Shown here one piece after another: positions 1-12,813 of a stretch of DNA of 42,792 nucleotides. The DNA is taken from contig NIVC01004539.1 in NCBI GenBank assembly GCA_002269645.1, positions 1 to 42,792 of the forward strand. The letters are read 5' to 3'. Position numbers and translations under genes: made by a program. The stretch is from Macrostomum lignano (Eukaryota). The notes beneath the pieces were generated by a model. It was given only the letters and a program-made list of their open reading frames with translations. It made no database searches and had not been told where the DNA came from. Position 1 is the first letter of the stretch, and every line of letters begins with the position of its first letter.

Positions 1-51
1 TTTCCGATCGAATATTAAAGAAATAATTAGTATTTCACTTTGGTATTGCAG

Positions 52-3000
52 CTTCCTGCTCAGGAGGCACTGTCTACTCACCTAGCGGAACGATTTCATG
101 CCAGTCCAGCTCAAGCTACATGAGTGTGTCCTGGACTGTGCAATCAAGCGGAGTGAAGATGATCAAGTTCACCAAGCTCGATGTGAATAGTTGCTGTGAC
201 AGAGTTTCAATTTATGAAATACCAGCTCAGCCTTAGAGAGCACGGAGAGGTTCAGGCTAAGGTACTCTGACGTCATTGACTCCGAGTTATGGCTGACTGC
301 ACCGTTCGTTGTGAGGTTTCAGAGGACTGGTGGCTCTCGTACGGGAACTGGATTCGAGCTTAATTACCAGACTCGGAGTGAATCGATTCCGGGTAAGATA
401 CTAGCTGATTACAAATTTAACTACTCATTTGAAAAGACAAAATTTTGTATTTTAGCTTTTAACTGTTGAATCCACACTTTACCTTGCTGAACTTGCTGAG
501 CTGTAAATATTTGCTCTAAGAGACGAATAACGTATTGGTTTGCTTCCAAACGATTTGCAGCCGCCGCTGAGATCATCAGACAAAATATTGGCGTCAGAAA
601 GAGCCACCCTGGGATGAAGACTATGCCAATAACTACCGAAAATGCTGGAGCATATTCGTGCCTTCTAACTATGAAGTTTTGGTTCAATTTACTAAATTTA
701 TTACACAACAATGGAGTGACAAACTAAATACTTATCGTGGTCTGATACCGCATCAAAACCGTTATGCAATGCTGGAGTTATCCGGCAATCGAAGCCTCAG
801 CTTACCTTTCTATAAGTTTCAGCACAGTGTCACCTTCATTTTTTCGACTGATTCTGGAGTAGTCAGACCTGGATTTGAGTTTAAATTCAGTATAAGTAAG
901 TGAGCTGTGGTGTTTTAAAGGGAATGGCTACTGCTTGAGAAGGGTTGAGTGCTTGATCATTTTATTATTTTTAACAGCTGCAAAAGAGAGCCGTTCTATT
1001 CTGAGCTCAAAGTCTGGAGTCGTTTCCTATCTACCGGGCGGTTTGGACACGATTGGTAAAGTTTACGACAGCAACTTTGGAATCATGTGGACCATCGACT
1101 CGAATCTGTCTGTGATTATCAAATTCAGTCGACTGCAACTTCGACGCTGCTGCTGCCAGTGTTCGAATCTATGAGAGAATAACGACATATTTAAACAGTG
1201 ACGAAGAAAGTTTTAGGGTAAACAGCCCCGACTCGCTGCAATCAGAGTTCTGGCTCACCGGTCCCGTAGTTATTCGATTTGTCATTGACCGCTCCATCAC
1301 TGATCAGGGATTCCGGCTTACCTATGAGACAAGCAATCAAACAATACCAGGTAAGGGCACATTCAATGCTTTCCTATAGCATGCTCATCAATTTCGGTGG
1401 TAACAAACAAAGAATACTCGCTTGCATTTCTCAGGTGCTACGGAAGTCATCAGGCAGAAGAGCGGCAGTCGGACCACTCATCCACAGTTTCAGTCCGCGG
1501 TGTTTTTGCGTCGGTTACAGCGCCGCTACAGAACATATTATAGCCTTGTTGTTCCCCAGAACTTCTTGTTAAAAATCAGAATAACTCGTATTGATGAAAA
1601 TCGCAACAGTTACCGGTATGGCAGTGTCAGAATTTTTAACGGCACTGTTCCAAACAGCAGTTTTCCTGAATTATACCGGTACATCGTTCATGGCCAGAGT
1701 CCTAGCTATCAGCTTCAGTTCAACCACAGTGTCATCTTAGCTTTCGTAAATTCAGTCTACCGACTTGACTTTCGCTTAACTAAAAACCGTGAGTGCCAAC
1801 TGCTTTGTCTATATAACAATTTGTTTTAACTAATCAAGCACAAACTGTGACAAATTTTAATAATCATTCCTGTAAAGAGAACATATTGCCCTTATATTGA
1901 TGCCCTGGTTACTTTATCAATATATAGAAGCGGGTTGTAGCCTAGTGATTAGAGCGTCTGACTCGTGATTTGAAGGTCGGAGGTTCGACTCTCGACCCAA
2001 TCGGAACAATTTGTGTCCTTGAGCAAGACACTTAACTCTGCATTGCTTCAGTTCACTCAGCTGTAAAATGGGTGCCAGCATTAGCTGAGAAAATTGTGTG
2101 TGGCGACCCCCCCAGTCCTTGGACTGAACAGCCGTACGCAGCCTTCAGAAGCGCCGCGCAATAGCTGCGGCTGAGCTGTCGGTTGCCCATCTGGCCCGAT
2201 TGGGGCAGATATAATCAATTATTATTGTTATTATTATTATCAATGGTAAGAAAAGGAGGCGATAAGGCTTCAATATTTTCCCACTCAGACGCTCCGGATA
2301 TCCGGTGGGATCTCTCGAAATGGACGACTAGCAGTGCAGCTGGTCCTTCCTTCGCTGTGTCGGTAACTTCCGTCGACAATACTCCATCAGCAAATTGTCG
2401 ACTGCATCGCGACTGTGGAGGCGGGTCTGAGAAAATTCGCATGCAGTTGATAGGCAGCAGTCTCTCAAGATCTTCATCAACTACATACAAGTTTCTTGGA
2501 GCGATACCCCGAGCCCAAAGCTGCTACAGAACTATCACCTGTAAATTTGATGGATACGACATGGCTAATCTGGCTCAATCAGTCTCCGTTCCAAAAGGTA
2601 TAAATTTTACGTTCTGTTGTAATTGTAAATTGACTTGTCAAATTTAAACAAACTTTTGGCGACTATTTGAATTTAACAGCTGATCCAGAGCACATACTGA
2701 TTGACGTGATCCAAGCTGAGCTGTGGCACCTCACCGGAGTCATTCAGTTCCGTGCGGTGTCCGAGTCTGCCTGTCCCAGTGCGACACACAGGTGCGAGCT
2801 GAGGACGGCCAGCAATGACAGCTCGCTAGTCGTGACACTGATGAAGCGGGTTCGTGCTGATTAAATTCCATGTGGCTGTCCGTGTCTAGAAGTTAATACT
2901 ATAGACAACTTCAGATGATTTCAAAATTGTTTAGTTGCCTCATAGAATGCGTTGTTAAAATTGAAGATTTGATTGAGCAGGAAGTATGCGTCAATTGACT

Positions 3001-3781
3001 GCCGACCTACCCCTACAAAGCCAAGCTCCAACCCTAACTTGAACCCTAACCTAATACCTAGCCTAATACCTAGCCTAAATCCTAACCTAAACCCTAGCCA
3101 AAAGCCCAACCTAACCCTCGCCTAAACCCTACCCTAATACCTAGCCTAAATTCTAACCTAAACTCTGTGTTTATTGTTTTTTTGTTTGTTTATTGTTTGT
3201 TCAGCAGATTGTTTATGTAGTTTCTGATCGAAATATTCGAAACTTTATAGGAAGCATCGAGGCCTCGCGGTTCGCGCTGTCTCAGCTCAGTGACGTCACA
3301 GTTCGTGGCGGTGTTTCGACAGCCGTCTGCCATCGCAGGCTCGGTTATTAGGTGCCGTTTGTTCAACGGTACATTCGCACTGCTCCGGCTGCCCGAACCT
3401 GATACTGGTGAGTTCGGTGACAGCAATTTGATGCGCAAAGAACATCTGCTCAATTTCAATAAAATTTCCTAACCATCACCAGGCAGCAGGCTGGCAAGAG
3501 TCTGGGAGCGGCCTCTTCTATGTGCTGCATCTTCATTAGCCGCTGTCGCAAGCATTGCTTTGCTGGGCCTCGCCTGCAAGTTGTTCAACAGAACCTGCCG
3601 ACCGCAGCCTCCGAAGGCAGGCCAGGAGGTGTTGAAGATGCAGCGGATGGGAAATCAGTACACAGGGGATTCTGCAGAGCAGGTAACTTGCGCTACTGTA
3701 CAACATAAATCTTTATCGGCTGAGTTATAATTGTGCTCAAATTTTCAGGCTTTCGATGCGACTGGAGTTTACGTCACTTAG
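52..3781 (+). CDS. Multi-CUB type-I transmembrane protein (5' end outside window); three 1-bp frameshifts, so either sequencing error or pseudogene
   Basis: Hand-spliced GT-AG exons 52-392, 561-895, 978-1350, 1435-1788 (four phase-1 CUB-like exons, e.g. DEDYANNYRKCWSIFVPSNYEVLVQF...STDSGVVRPGFEFKF and SITDQGFRLTY), 2289-2597, 2680-2849 (weak GTTCGT donor), 3251-3407, 3483-3682 (TM helix LLCAASSLAAVASIALLGLACKLF), 3749-3781 (AFDATGVYVT*). Exons 1-3 each need a +/-1 correction. The junction of exons 6-7 is the least certain. Confidence 0.7.
1930..2240 (+). mobile_element. tRNA-derived CORE-type SINE (family A, copy 1) in CUB-gene intron 4
   Basis: A box tagcctagtgatt, B box ggttcgactc, MIR/CORE-like gtgtccttgagcaagacacttaac...cagctgtaaaatggg, (tta)n tail. 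Highly similar copy at 35244-35565. Confidence 0.85.
3009..3163. repeat. Degenerate 6/12-bp (cctaac/cctaatacctag) telomere-like array
   Basis: Visible periodic cctaa motifs, including a few CCCTAA units, inside the predicted intron 2850-3250. Confidence 0.75.
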
Positions 3782-4200
3782 TTGCAGCTTGGAGTGCTTT
3801 TAGTGCTTGCAACTGAATTCCAATTGAATTTCATTGAAGCACTAGGTTACTATTAGGAAATTCATTAAAATAATGAGCGATATTTTCAGCGTTTGACTGC
3901 TCTTCATTTATCTAATCTGGTGGAGTTTCATACCTAAATTCAGTCACTCAATGCTAAACGTCATGAATTCATCAAAACTAAACTGAATCATTTTAACAAA
4001 CTAACTTTTTCGGAATGTTTTACTGTTCTGTTCATGAAATTCCGACTCAAAAAACATATATTGACTAATTTTTAAAAAATATACAGTAAATCAAAGTATA
4101 CATACGCTTTATCCATTTAAGCTGAAATATATGGAAACTGAAATGCAGAAATAATTTAAAAGCAAGCACCCTTTTTTCGTGATGAATTAAAGACACGAAT

Positions 4201-4201
4201 T

Positions 4202-4234
<33 letters not shown>

Positions 4235-4379
4235 TGGGCAGACAGACAGACAGACAGACAGATGGACAGACAGACAGACAGACAGACAGATGGGCAGACA
4301 GACAGACAGACAGACAGACAGATGGGCAGACAGACAGACAGACAGACAGATGGACAGACAGACAGACAGACAGACACTA

Positions 4380-4442
<63 letters not shown>

Positions 4443-4499
4443 TGGGCAGACAGACAGACAGACAGACAGATGGACAGACAGACAGACAGACAGACACTA

Positions 4500-4580
<81 letters not shown>

Positions 4581-4595
4581 CACAGACAGACAGTA

Positions 4596-4668
<73 letters not shown>

Positions 4669-4677
4669 CACAGACAC

Positions 4678-4724
<47 letters not shown>

Positions 4725-4745
4725 CACAGACAGACACTGAGACAG

Positions 4746-4779
<34 letters not shown>

Positions 4780-4821
4780 ACACAGACAGACAGACACACA
4801 GACACACAGACAGACAGACAC

Positions 4822-4868
<47 letters not shown>

Positions 4869-4887
4869 CACAGACAGACAGACAGGC

Positions 4888-4928
<41 letters not shown>

Positions 4929-4987
4929 CACAGACACACAGACAGACAGACAGACAGACAGACAGGCAGACAGACAGACAGACAGGC

Positions 4988-5042
<55 letters not shown>

Positions 5043-5093
5043 AAGACAGACAGACAGACAGACAGACACACAGACAGACAGACACACAGACAC

Positions 5094-5142
<49 letters not shown>

Positions 5143-5207
5143 AAGACAGACAGACAGACAGACAGACACACAGACAGACAGACACACAGACACACAGACA
5201 GACAGAC
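4201..5207. repeat. ~1-kb (GACA)n microsatellite with variant units
   Basis: Directly visible. Variants gatgg, acactaa and ggca occur, and the block starting at 4321 is repeated at 4441 (120-bp period). Confidence 0.98.
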
Positions 5208-6604
5208 GGACACCTAGAATACGGTCCTAGGTAACTGGAGCCAGGATAAAAAAGCATAACAAACTTCACATTGCACTTCAAACCCAATGTTGACTGCCAA
5301 CTGCAGTTTTTTCAGAGCCAGTTTAATTAACCTTCGAAAGTTGCGTACTAGTGAATATCTGCCCGTCCCGTCTTAGTGACAAAAATAGTCTGTGACGGGT
5401 GCTACAGAGATGCGGTTTGAGGCTGGAGTCTAGAGCAGATGCAGAGACCCAGGCAATGAACTGACTGCAAATGACTGCACAATTTTTTCGCGATAAAAAG
5501 CCGTCTCTATGCAGAATTTTAAGTTATTTCTTCCTCTCTATAAAAGCTCGGATGCCCGAAAATAGAGTTAAATAATACGAGCCAGTATTTCTCATTGTTG
5601 TTTTTAGCCCTATTTCCACTTTCCATCATTGCTGAAGAGTTGAAGAGTTGCGGGCCTGACTCCGCCTGAGACTATAGAACTTGCAATATCGTACCTTGTT
5701 GTCAATTGTGGACCAATGAACAGTGTGGAGACTGGGGAGAGATGGAATTAGGTCTACTTCTTTAATAACTGTTTGCACCTATGCTTGGAGTCGAGCAGCC
5801 GCTGCAACTGAGCGCAAGTCGCACTGACGGAGCGAGTGATTATAAGTAGTGTAACAGTAACTGAGGGCTTCGGCGTTGAGGTGGCTATATTTGAGTGGAG
5901 TGAGGCTGCGGCTGGCATTGTTGCAGAAAGCAAAATTTGCAGAGTAAACAAGACGCTAAACCCTCACCTCTGCCCCTCCGTCTCTCTATCTGTCTTAAAA
6001 ATAAACTGAAACACGTACGGCAGGGATTGTTGCCTTCTGGCACACAGAGACCAGGGAAGGTTGGCGCAACAACGACGTGCGGTCAACGATGGTCATGATG
6101 CGCGATCGTGAGTCTCACAGCACGAAGTGGCATTCTACTACTCCCGCCCAGACTTGAGCGAAAGAAAGAGCTAGAAAGGACGATGAAGCGCATGGGGAGT
6201 CTGGGATGGAGTGTGGCACCAGAGCACGCACAAACTCTGCCAGTACTGCAACTGTGAGCAGGTTGGGTTCGACTGGGTGAGGAGAGAGAAAAATAAAGAG
6301 AAGAAAAAGAAAGAAAATAGCGAAGCAAAGATACAGAGTGGCAAATTCCAACATTCTGCTAGGAAAAAATCTCAATTTTTTTTAATCAAGACGGCTAACT
6401 GTGCCATTCCATCCAAAATAGGTAGGCTGAGAAGACAGTTTATCAGTAGCGCAGAAAAGGAAAAAGTGACAGCAGCTATACATAACCGAACAGAATTTCT
6501 CTGCACAGAACGAATTGTCATCGAATTACTGTAGGTCCCCTTCTGCGGCTTCCCCCGAGACCCTTAAGGCCCGGAAGTTTTACTGCCAGCAACTGGCCGT
6601 CACG

Positions 6605-8956
6605 ATGAGCTGCTTCCGGCCCAAAACCAAAGACGGCGATGGCGAGGTTGCCAACGGCAAGGTACCCGGCTCGGGAAAGATGGCAAAGTCGGCCGGCAAA
6701 GACAAGGCGAAGGAGCGAAAGGACGATATTGAGAAGAAGCTGAAGCAGGAGAAGAAGCAGCACGCCATGACGCATAAAATACCCGTGGTGGGCGCCGGAG
6801 AGTCCGGCAAGTCCACGCTGATCAAGCAAATGCAGATCCTCTATTTGACGGGCTACGATGACTCGGCTCGACGGGAGAAGGTGCCAGACATTCGGCGAAA
6901 CATTCGCGACGGTATGCTATCAATCACCGGTGCCATGCCCAACCTGAACCCGCCAGTGCAGCTGGAGCACCCCGAGTACCAGGAGTACGTTGACTACGTG
7001 CAAAACGAGTCTACGGCAAAGGACTTCGACTATCCGGACAAATTCTTTGAATACTGCTGCACATTGTGGAAGGACAAAGGCGTTCAAGAAGCATTTAGTC
7101 GATCCAACGAATACCAGCTGATCGACTCAGCAAAATGGTTTCTGGACAAGTGCGCAGAGGTGGCCAAGCCGGAGTACCTCCCGGACGAGCAGGACATCCT
7201 GCGCTGTCGAGTCCTCACGTCGGGCATCTTCGAGACCAAGTTCACAGTCGAAAAGGTGATGTTTCACATGTTTGACGTGGGTGGACAGAGAGAGGAGCGA
7301 CGCAAGTGGATTCAGGTGAGACAAATTGGGAGCCATAGAGTGAGTTCCGTATTAAGAGAGTGACAGAATTTTTTTGGCATTCGACTTGCAGGTGTTTCAC
7401 GACATCACCGCGGTAATTTTCGTCTGCGCTTGCTCTGGCTACGATTCGAGATTGCGCGAGGACCCGACTCAGAATCGGCTAAAAGAGTCAATTGAGCTCT
7501 TTCGTACTATTTGGAACAATCGTTATCTGAAGCAGAATTCGGTTATCCTGTTTCTAAATAAACAGGACACCTTCCAGGTAATTAATTACTGGTTACTAAA
7601 ACCTTTTTTACCTACTTTTTTGAACAAGCTTCATATTTATTCAAAGAAACGGAACATCCATTCAGACACTGATGCAGACGTAAGGATGTTGTTTAGGTTG
7701 ATTTTCTACTTGAAATTTACACCCCGTTGGAAACTGCTGGCTGATGAAAGTTAAAAATACCCCCCGTAGGATTAATTTGCTGCTGAGTCAGTCTGTCAGA
7801 TGCATCCCAGCCGCTAGTCATGCTTGCAAGTGCAAAAGCCAAATAATGCACCGAGCTGTCGCCTATGGACTTCTCACCAGCCCAAAATTATTATTAACTT
7901 TCATCAGGCAAATTGACCCTAGATTATATCAGATGAGCATTCCATGATATTCCTTTATCCATGAACATAACCTTTTTAATTCAGCCAGAGCAGAGTGTCT
8001 ATGGGCAAGTCTAAAGTCTATGATCTCTTAAGTATGCGCGTATTATCATAACTATCATTAACAAACAATAACTTTGTTATGTCTCTGTAAGTGTCGGTCG
8101 GTCATTAGGAACTTCGCCTGGGAGCACGGGGTGTCGGCATTTGGCTTGTAGTAAGCTACTAAATGTAGGTCACCTTGCTGGACGGTTGACACGAAAGGCA
8201 AGGGCAATGGATGAGTTCAGCAGGTGCTAGCTATTATATATTACTAAGTGGGACCATAGACAAACTGGTACGCTCGCAGTATCAGCTAACACAAGAAGAA
8301 CATATCAAATCAAACGGCAAACAATTGACTTATATTCCTCTGTCCAGTCTTTGCCTTCCTCATCAAGCAGTTCGTCTCGCACTTCTTCCTCTATATGTCT
8401 CCGCTCACGGACTCAGCCATCACGTTTGATTTGAAAACGATCTGTCTCTTTCGATTATCTTCCTTTTGCATAGGAGTTGATTTTCGAGTTAAACGCGTTC
8501 AGGAATTGAAAAGAACCTATGTACCAGTCTCTGAAATGATGTCCGCTTGTTTGAGTAAAAAAGGAGTTCGTTCAAAATAGGAGGTAATAGTGTAGTAAAG
8601 CACACCAGACGAGCACACATTTTGGCCAAAAAAGCTGTTTCCCTAATTTTTATTTTGGTTTTGCTTTGCAGGAAAAAATTCTTAAAGGAAAGACGAAACT
8701 GGAAGACTTCTTCGAAGAGTACAAAAACTACCCTCAGCCGGGGCCGGACTCAGAGAATCCCAAGGAGGAGCCGGAGCTGACCAGGGCCAAGAGCTTCGTG
8801 CGGGACAAGTTCCAGGCCATCGCCCAAGGCGACGGGCAGCGCAGATGCTATCCGCACTACACAACAGCCGTGGACACGGAGAACATTAGGCGAGTGTTCG
8901 CGGACTGTCAGACAATCTTGCGCAGAGTTTACATGGCGCAGCTCAATCTGCTGTGA
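6605..8956 (+). CDS. GNAS-like: Heterotrimeric G protein alpha subunit, G-alpha-s family, divergent (393 aa)
   Basis: Exons 6605-7315, 7392-7577, 8672-8956, both introns phase 0. G1 GAGESGKST, switch [16 protein letters not shown]3 DVGGQ, G4 NKQD, G5 [14 protein letters not shown]-alpha-s-type segment [18 protein letters not shown]-terminus MSCF keeps Cys3. Confidence 0.93.
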
Positions 8957-11077
8957 TATTTCTCATCTATGCTGTCGTTCGAATTGTATTCGCTTTGTTG
9001 TTTACTAATTGTTTCTGCATGCCCGCTACTAATTCTTCATATCGATATATTTAAAGCTACGGCTGAATCATTTAATAGGAACCTATTTTCATTTAGTTCT
9101 GTACGTATATATATATTTGCTTACTGTGATTACTATTACCTGTTCTGCACGTCTGTTACATTGTTAAGGAGTTGAGTGACAACAGATTTGAAGTATCAAA
9201 GTATCTTTACACTTGCAGGTGAGACTTATCAAAAGCTTCAATATGTGGAAGCTACCGACTGGGGGTTGCGCAACTAGTCTAAATGCACTATTTTCGCTAA
9301 ATTATCCGCTTATCCGCCCATGCCATTAGTTAAATCGCGATATTTGCAGGAGTTAAAATAGCGTAAGACCAACTTCAATTATAGTTTAGAAAACACATTA
9401 AGAAAAAAAAATTAAGAAAACTTTCACGTGTTAGCGAATGAAACGCCTCTGTAGGATAAAGCATGGTGTGGAAAGTGCAAGAGCGGATAATTATGTCTAC
9501 CGATTGTCTGTTATTAATCAGACATGATTGTAAAGGCCAAAGCAAGACCTTTAATTAACCGAAAAGCAACTAAGGCATGACATTCTAGTATACATATATC
9601 TACGTGTATATAACGTGTGTAGCTGTACTGTACCCCTACTACGTAACTTTTATTTCTCAGAAGCATTTCAGTCCCAAACTCCTTATAGCTACTTAGCTAC
9701 ACGACTTATCCCTTAATCATGATTAACTAGAACCCTTAATAAATCAAACGGTAATCCCGATTTGTGTTTTCTTTCCTTACAGTACCGAAAGTGGTTATTT
9801 TTCAGAGCCAAACCCTCCTGTAATACCCCGGCTTAACGACTAACACTGTGGTGAAACTCTTAAATAAAATATTCTTTATTTTTATGCTGTCAAACACTTT
9901 TGCTCAGGCAGTGTAAGTCATGACTTTTATCCATGTAAAAAAATAGGTTACTGTATAGAAACCTAAATGAGTATAGAATTGTTTCTATAAAGTCGCGTAC
10001 GTTAGCGAGACGTTTCAAGTCCAGATGTTTTATATACTACTCATATAGTATTATAAGTAGACAAGTCCAAAGATTACATGTAGTTGATACATTCATATCC
10101 AGTCATCGAATTCATAGGGACGCTAAAACTCGCTTTTCTTAGAAATGAGCTGGAGGCCGCGTCAGAAAACGCATATTTGTCTAATTGCTAGTGCATTAAG
10201 TAGTCTCTCGAGAACGAGCTCAAAGATGTTTTGCCATGGACAAATTCGGTCGGTATAAGCAGGACGCTTTAACGATATTTTCGCCACTCGTTCGCGACCT
10301 TCTCTAGGCGTCGCTCTCAAGAGATGCCTGCGTCTTCTATTATAGATGCCGACAAAGGGTATTCCGCTATTTCCAATTGTAAATACGAAATGAGACAGCG
10401 CCAGGAAGCTCTGCTAACGAGAATGGCAGTTAACAGCTCTTGTGGAATTCCGAACCAGCTGGGTGATTATCGAACTCATTCCAGGAATCAGAAACTCTGC
10501 GTTATTTTGTCTGATGCTGGCTATATTCTTCCCGTGAGCAGAGAAGGATTGAACGCAACTTCCTCAGTCGGTTCGTTCAGCCCCAGCAGTTTCGTTGCAG
10601 GACAGGAGGGTTGTTGTTGCATGCGGACCTCGTCCAACTCCTCGAGGATGAAGCGCGGGACTCAGAAACAGATCACCATGGTGAATTTTACGAGTACCTA
10701 CCCCGAGCTCAACTACCTTCTCTGAGCCCACACTAGAAGCTTGATGATCAGAAAACTACAGTACAAGTAGTGTCCACATCAGATTTAATTAAATTTGAGT
10801 TGCTTCTAACTTGGTAAGGTGATATCAAGGAATGTCATTGTTTTGCATAGTAAGCATAAGATAACAAAGGCATAACATTCAAGTACATTTTGTACAGTAT
10901 GCACATCTAGCTTTAATATCAGTCAAATGCTAAACCCAGCTTGACTCTACGGTCAACAGCACTCATTAAAAGTGATCATTACAATAATTTAGCTTAATGG
11001 AAAACTGAAGTAGGATGCTACTTAAAACTCGCTTTTATTAGAGATTAGCAGGAGGTCGGTTATGAAAGCGTCCCTGT

Positions 11078-11546
11078 TATTTCGTCATCTAGGGTGTCTG
11101 TATGTATGACCCCCCTCCCGGTTCTGGTCACTTCGTCATCTTAATCAACATACACTAACTGAAGGGAGTCATTTCGTCATCCACAAGCATGTCAATTTTA
11201 AGTGAATTAATGTGGATAATTTACGAGTATAAAGTATTTATTGTATGCAAATACGTGTTCTTAAAGTATTAATTGTTTGAATTTTTTATACTTAAGACTT
11301 TGTGCCCATCTCTATTGGCGATTACTCTCTCGAAGGGTCCAAATTTACGGTTTAGTTATATGTGCATTGTTACACACGAGTGTGTTGCAATGGATTGTCA
11401 TCCACCACTTAGCCGATTGAAATTGATAACAAAGTATTGATTAACCTAGGTTCCAGGTATTATTAAAATATTTGCTAACTTCATCTCATATCACTTTAGA
11501 ATGCTACTTAGCTCCTGGTCACTTCGTTATCCTATATGACGAAATA
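11078..11546. mobile_element. Putative MITE / inverted-repeat-bounded element
   Basis: tatttcgtcatctagg (11078) vs cctatatgacgaaata (11531-11546), a 15/16 inverted match, with internal ggtcacttcgt direct repeats. No TSD found. Confidence 0.45.
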
Positions 11547-12813
11547 GAATATAACAATTGACCAGCAACCAATTAATGCATATTTGTCGTATCGATCGTA
11601 TTTTAATATAAATCAAATTCTAACCGCTGTTCGCATTTGCATAAAAATACAACTTTAAAATTCAAATAAAAATCTTGTCTCCCCATTTTGTCTAACCCAA
11701 GGGGAAGTTACTCATACAGATTTAAGTAGCTAGAAACTCATCGATATATTAATCAATTTTATTTAGATTTTCAGGCAAAAAATGTCTGTTTGGTCTGCGA
11801 CTGCTCCGGCATTATGCAAAATTGAGATAAACCCCTGAGACTGGCTGATTCACTATACTTTGTTCCTAATATATGCTTAACTAAAGATGCGTATTATTTC
11901 AAATAACAAGCCCTTAAGAAACTTGTTTATGTTTTGACAATAAAATAAATAAAATATTGCGAGCAGGCAATTTAATTAGTAGCATTTATTAAAAAATTTA
12001 TTACGCAGGACAAAATATACTATTTTAGTTACCAGCTGTTTCCTACAAAATGCTGATTAAGACAGAAAAAACTTACAAAATATTGTAAATATATATCGGT
12101 ATTGGCTAAATCAACGAGTGTTAATTAAGACTTGTAGCTTTGAGCAATAAGTAGAAAAAATAAATCAGCACCAGTAAATTCAAGCTAATATCATTACTAA
12201 TTCACTGTTTATTACATTAGTAATAGCATATGAATTATGCAAATGTAATGAGGATGGTCATACATGTAAATAAAAAAGAAAATTGCATGTATTTTGCAAA
12301 CTAAATTGCCCCCCACCCCGATGAAAACGAGAAGGCCAAGAAGCAGCATAGAGTCGTTGCAGGTAACACAGGTAAACTAGGAAAGAAGTGACTCTAGACG
12401 ACTCTAAAACAATTTGAAACGTTTTACTGTCTCAATTGTCTGCGACTGAGACCGTACAGTCGGATCTGAGGCGTACCAGAGTCGCTGTAAAATCACTGAG
12501 TTGCGTCTTTATGAATTAAAATCGCACTTCGCATTTATATAACAACTTAATTTAGTTTACTTGAGTTAGTCGTTTGTGTCGTTAAAATGTCACAAAAGAT
12601 CGCTCTAGAGTCGCTAGAGACTTAAATATATTGTGTGCAATGACTCCTTAGCGATTCTGGTCAGGGCAACGTTCTCAACAGGTAGTAATTGATGGACAGG
12701 TTAGTTAGTCACACTAATAGCAAATAACTATACAAACATTTATGCACACATCAGAGCTAGAGCTGCAGTATATTGTAGGTCAGTTAAAATTTGCACCTTG
12801 AAAATACCGGCAA

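Noticed and set aside
1930-2000. tRNA gene calls at SINE heads (also 19918 and 35244)
   Set aside because: A/B boxes are present but no complete cloverleaf is evident, and each continues into a SINE body.
3009-3163. Interstitial telomere or chromosome fusion scar
   Set aside because: Few exact CCCTAA units, a 12-bp degenerate period and no head-to-head inversion.
4156-5287. Long ORFs (SVCL / DRQT repeats, up to 366 aa)
   Set aside because: They are translations of the (GACA)n microsatellite, open in several frames on both strands.
10324-10725. 133-aa ORF between G-alpha-s and Aurora
   Set aside because: No recognisable domain or convincing splice context. It could be a TE remnant but I cannot support a call.
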